From Synechococcus sp. (lineage in GTDB: Bacteria > Cyanobacteriota > Cyanobacteriia > Thermostichales > PCC-7336): DNA of 41,230 nt. Location: positions 1 through 41,230 of the forward strand of contig JBFRWD010000163.1 in NCBI GenBank assembly GCA_051439425.1. Reading direction: 5' to 3'. Under the pieces are notes generated by a model. That model did not search any database and was not told the DNA's origin. It saw only the letters and a program-made list of their open reading frames with translations. This document shows positions 38,220 to 41,230 of the stretch, one piece after another; position 1 is the stretch's first letter, and every line of letters starts with the position of its first letter. A program made the translations under genes and the position numbers.

Positions 38220-38684
38220 TTATTCTTCGGAGTCTTCAACGCAGCCTCCCCCCATCCCCGCCACGCAGATTCTGGGGACAGCGCCGTACACAATACCTGC
38301 CGCGATCGCCACAAGTGCGACAGCCATAGCAGTAGTTATCAACGGGTTACCGGACTGCTGGGGGCGAGGGTTGGGGTCGAACCGAGCATCAATAATTTGT
38401 TTGGCGACCTTTAAATCAAGATTGCGATGCTGGCGCAGCAGCTTTATCGCCTTTAGTTTTTGTCCGGATCGAATTGCTGCTAACACATCCTCAGGTAAAT
38501 CATCATCGTTTGCAGGCGTCGTGTGGCTAACTGGGAGTGAGAGGTCGAGTTCAAACGTGTCTACGTGTAACTTGGCCTCTGACAGACTGATTCCCCACTG
38601 ACTTCGCAGCAACTTAATCGCTTCAATGTTTCGACCTGCTGCGATCGCAGCCACAACATCGGGAGGAAGTTCGGAGGAAGGCAC
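38220..38684 (-). CDS. Protein with two L7/L12 C-terminal-like helical repeats and a C-terminal TM helix
   Basis: IAAGRNIEAIKLLRSQWGISLSEAKLHVD and IRSGQKLKAIKLLRQHRNLDLKVAKQIID. Confidence 0.7.
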   Translation of the reverse strand: MPSSELPPDVVAAIAAGRNIEAIKLLRSQWGISLSEAKLHVDTFELDLSLPVSHTTPANDDDLPEDVLAAIRSGQKLKAIKLLRQHRNLDLKVAKQIIDARFDPNPRPQQSGNPLITTAMAVALVAIAAGIVYGAVPRICVAGMGGGCVEDSEE

Positions 38685-38765
38685 GAGCGTCTCTACTAAA
38701 ACAATGAGTTTGCAGAAGAATTGAAAAATGGTCGAGAGAGAGCTGGTTTTAACATGAGAAATCGC

Positions 38766-39065
38766 TTACTCCTCAGCCCAATCCAGAAAGATCGTTAGCA
38801 GTTCCTCCAAATTCTCTGGACCACAGAAACCACAGAACTTCTGCTTTTCCACTTCGGCGGATAGCCAATCATCCTTTGACTCTCGCTGGACAAGCAGCTT
38901 AGAAAATTCCTTGTCAACTAACTCAGTTTCTAGCAGATCGATGTGAAGCGACCAGCCAGGATTGTCGAGAGTTCCGATAGAGACACCGTAAAAGTGCTCC
39001 CAATCATCGTTGCAATGGCCCAGATACCACGCCTGCAATTGGCTCAGCACGCTGATTTCACTCAT
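38766..39065 (-). CDS. Imm53-like immunity protein
   Basis: LQAWY..HCNDDWEH.YGVSI.TLDNPGW.L.IDL, ...GP.NL..LL.IF..W. Confidence 0.85.
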   Translation of the reverse strand: MSEISVLSQLQAWYLGHCNDDWEHFYGVSIGTLDNPGWSLHIDLLETELVDKEFSKLLVQRESKDDWLSAEVEKQKFCGFCGPENLEELLTIFLDWAEE

Positions 39066-39074
39066 CGGAATTAG

Positions 39075-40409
39075 CTACGTAATCGACGGTAGATAGTTCA
39101 CCAATCCAGGGAAGGCGATAATCAAGGCCAAAATCACAAGCTGCAGCGCAATAAACGGTATCACCCCTCGATAGATATTGCCCGTCGTGATTTCTTTGGG
39201 AGCAACACCGCGCAGATAAAACAGAGCAAACCCAAATGGCGGCGTTAAGAATGACGTCTGCATATTGGCACCGATAATCACCCCGTACCACACCAAGCCA
39301 CTCAAGCCATAGAGTTGTTCGGCAATGGGAGCAAACAGCGGCACAACAATAAAGGCAATCTCGAAAAAATCGATGAAAAAGCCCAACAAGAAAATCGTTA
39401 GCATGCTAACCAGCAAAAAGCCCACCTGGCCTCCTGGAAGCTGAGTCAGCGCGTCGTAAATAAAGCGATCTCCCCGCAGTCCTCGAAATACCAGGCTGAA
39501 GGCTGTCGACCCAATCAGAATAAACATCACCATGCTGGTGGTGCGCAGCGTACTGTCGCACACCTGACCCAAGCTTTTCCAACTCAGCTCGCGGTTAAAC
39601 AGCGCCAACACCACAGCCCCCATCGCCCCCAAAGCTCCCGCTTCCGTGGGGGTAGCAATACCAAAGAAAATACTGCCTAAGACTAAAAGGATGAGAGTCA
39701 GTGGCGGAATCATCACCCGCACCACCTTGACCAGCAATTCTCCCCCTCTCACCGCCAGGAGCTCGGCAGGGAGGGGCGGCACCATATCGGGACGGGCAAT
39801 CGAGATGACCACGATATGAGCAATAAATGCCCCAGCCATCAACAAACCGGGAATGAAAGAACCAATAAATAGATCGCCGACCGAAATACCTAGTTGATCG
39901 GCCAGTACCACCAGCACAATGCTGGGTGGGATGATCTGTCCTAACGTGCCCGACGCTGCGATCGCTCCCACCGATAAATCTTTGTTGTAGCCGTAGCGCA
40001 ACATGGTGGGCAGCGAGATTAACCCCATCGTCACCACCGTGGCCGCCACCACCCCAGTCGTAGCAGCCAGCAGCGCCCCTACGACCACAACGGCGATCGC
40101 CAATCCTCCCCGAATGCGACCGAACACCTGCCCCATTGTCTCTAGCAGGTTTTCAGCAATGCCAGATTTTTCCAGCATCGCCCCCATAAAGATGAAATAG
40201 GGAATGGCCAGCAGCGTGAAGTTATTCATGATGCCAAAAATGCGTTGCGGCATTGCCGTCAGCAAAATCGGATCGAAAATATCCATGCCGATACCGATCA
40301 GGCCAAACAAAATGGCCACCCCCCCTAGCGAGAAGGCCACCGGATACCCCAACGACAGCAGGAATAATGCTCCGACAAACATGGCCGGTCCCAACCATTC
40401 AGCGATCAT
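39075..40409 (-). CDS. dctM: TRAP transporter large permease
   Basis: G.PVAF.L, LLAIP.FIFMG, GTLGQIIPPS, FLTPPFG. Confidence 0.93.
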   Translation of the reverse strand: MIAEWLGPAMFVGALFLLSLGYPVAFSLGGVAILFGLIGIGMDIFDPILLTAMPQRIFGIMNNFTLLAIPYFIFMGAMLEKSGIAENLLETMGQVFGRIRGGLAIAVVVVGALLAATTGVVAATVVTMGLISLPTMLRYGYNKDLSVGAIAASGTLGQIIPPSIVLVVLADQLGISVGDLFIGSFIPGLLMAGAFIAHIVVISIARPDMVPPLPAELLAVRGGELLVKVVRVMIPPLTLILLVLGSIFFGIATPTEAGALGAMGAVVLALFNRELSWKSLGQVCDSTLRTTSMVMFILIGSTAFSLVFRGLRGDRFIYDALTQLPGGQVGFLLVSMLTIFLLGFFIDFFEIAFIVVPLFAPIAEQLYGLSGLVWYGVIIGANMQTSFLTPPFGFALFYLRGVAPKEITTGNIYRGVIPFIALQLVILALIIAFPGLVNYLPSIT

Positions 40410-40990
40410 GCGTCACCCCCTGGCAGAGAGGAGTCCGATACCTCTTCTGAGGGGAATTCCGGCTCGGTGGGGCGATCGCCCGTCAAAATGGCCAAATTCT
40501 TGATGGCTTCGGAGATGCCCTGAGCAATCAGCGTGACAAAGCTAAGCAAAATCACTGTCTTGATGGGATAGCGCGGTAGCCCCCCGGGGTCGGGGGAGTT
40601 TTCCCAAATGCGCCAGGAGGCCCACACCCATTTCCACGAAAAGATGAGAACGAGTGTGGAGAAGGGCAATAGGAACAGCCCTGTGCCAATCAGCTCCGCT
40701 AGAGCTTTGCGCTTGCCCCTCCAGCGGGATTGGAAGACATCCACCCGCACGTGACCGTTGCGCTGCAGGGTGTACGCTGCCCCCATCAAAAACACCACGC
40801 TAAACAAGTACCACTGGGTTTCGATCAGGGAATTGGAGCTGAGATTCCGTCCCACTGCTTGGCCGATGTAGCGACCGAACACGTTCCAGCAGCCCACACC
40901 AATGGTGATAAATACCAACCAGCCGGCTACTCGACCGATGACGGTATTGATCCGATCGATCCAGCGGGACAGGGCAAGCAATTTATCCAC
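40406..40990 (-). CDS. dctQ: TRAP transporter small permease
   Basis: Four TM segments, ETQWYLFS, GHVRVD, SPDPGGLP. Confidence 0.92.
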   Translation of the reverse strand: MDKLLALSRWIDRINTVIGRVAGWLVFITIGVGCWNVFGRYIGQAVGRNLSSNSLIETQWYLFSVVFLMGAAYTLQRNGHVRVDVFQSRWRGKRKALAELIGTGLFLLPFSTLVLIFSWKWVWASWRIWENSPDPGGLPRYPIKTVILLSFVTLIAQGISEAIKNLAILTGDRPTEPEFPSEEVSDSSLPGGDA

Positions 40991-40993
40991 GCA

Positions 40994-41230
40994 CTACCCC
41001 TGATTGACGAAACTAGAGAAGCTGAGTTCGTTGATGCGGTTCCAACCGTACACCTCGTCGCGGAAGGTCTTCCATTGGTCGTACACTTCCTTGAAGGTGG
41101 CATCTTCGCTGGCGTTCTGTTCGTAAATCTCGAATGCTGCCGTTTGGGCCGCCTGCATGATCTCGTCGCTGTAGCGAGTCAACTGCGTTCCTTTGTCCAC
41201 CAGTCGCTTCAGCGCCGCTCCGTTCAGGGC
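40994..41230 (-). CDS. dctP: TRAP substrate-binding protein, C-terminal part
   Basis: Open to the window edge: ALNGAALKRLVDKGTQL...FKEVYDQWKTFR; directly upstream of dctQM. Confidence 0.85.
   Translation of the reverse strand, partial: ALNGAALKRLVDKGTQLTRYSDEIMQAAQTAAFEIYEQNASEDATFKEVYDQWKTFRDEVYGWNRINELSFSSFVNQG

Noticed and set aside
37376..38601. Plus-strand ORFs 37376-37771 and 37921-38601
   Set aside because: Antisense to better-supported minus-strand genes; no motifs.

Overview
Cyanobacterial chromosomal window (frequent HIP1 GCGATCGC sites, cyanobacterial gene types). About 1.2-25.5 kb is a mosaic metal-homeostasis region bracketed by two diverged copies of a proteobacterial-type zur cassette (promoter, Zur box, zur, small membrane ORF). 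Copy 2 heads a znuCBA-like Zn uptake operon. Copy 1 has lost the transporter and instead precedes cobW, cysS, a Cys-tailed FAD oxidoreductase and a compact FeoB-like GTPase/membrane protein. Between the copies lie a CoaR/CoaT cobalt module (coaT frameshifted), a cyanate module (AraC-type response regulator, PAS histidine kinase, cynABDS, DUF1348) flanked by a direct repeat of a WD40 gene 3' end, and a cobW-WD40 pair. To the right are an M10/RTX protease, DUF937, an AI-2E permease, an IS630 remnant, an AT-rich glycan/sulfotransferase island, trmH, a GIDE-domain gene, an orphan Imm53-like gene and a TRAP transporter. Best candidates for undescribed biology: the oxidoreductase/FeoB-like Zn-starvation module under a captured zur promoter, and a two-component-regulated cyanate system whose binding protein carries a CxxC/His N-terminal domain. 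All family assignments come from motif recognition by eye, not database searches.
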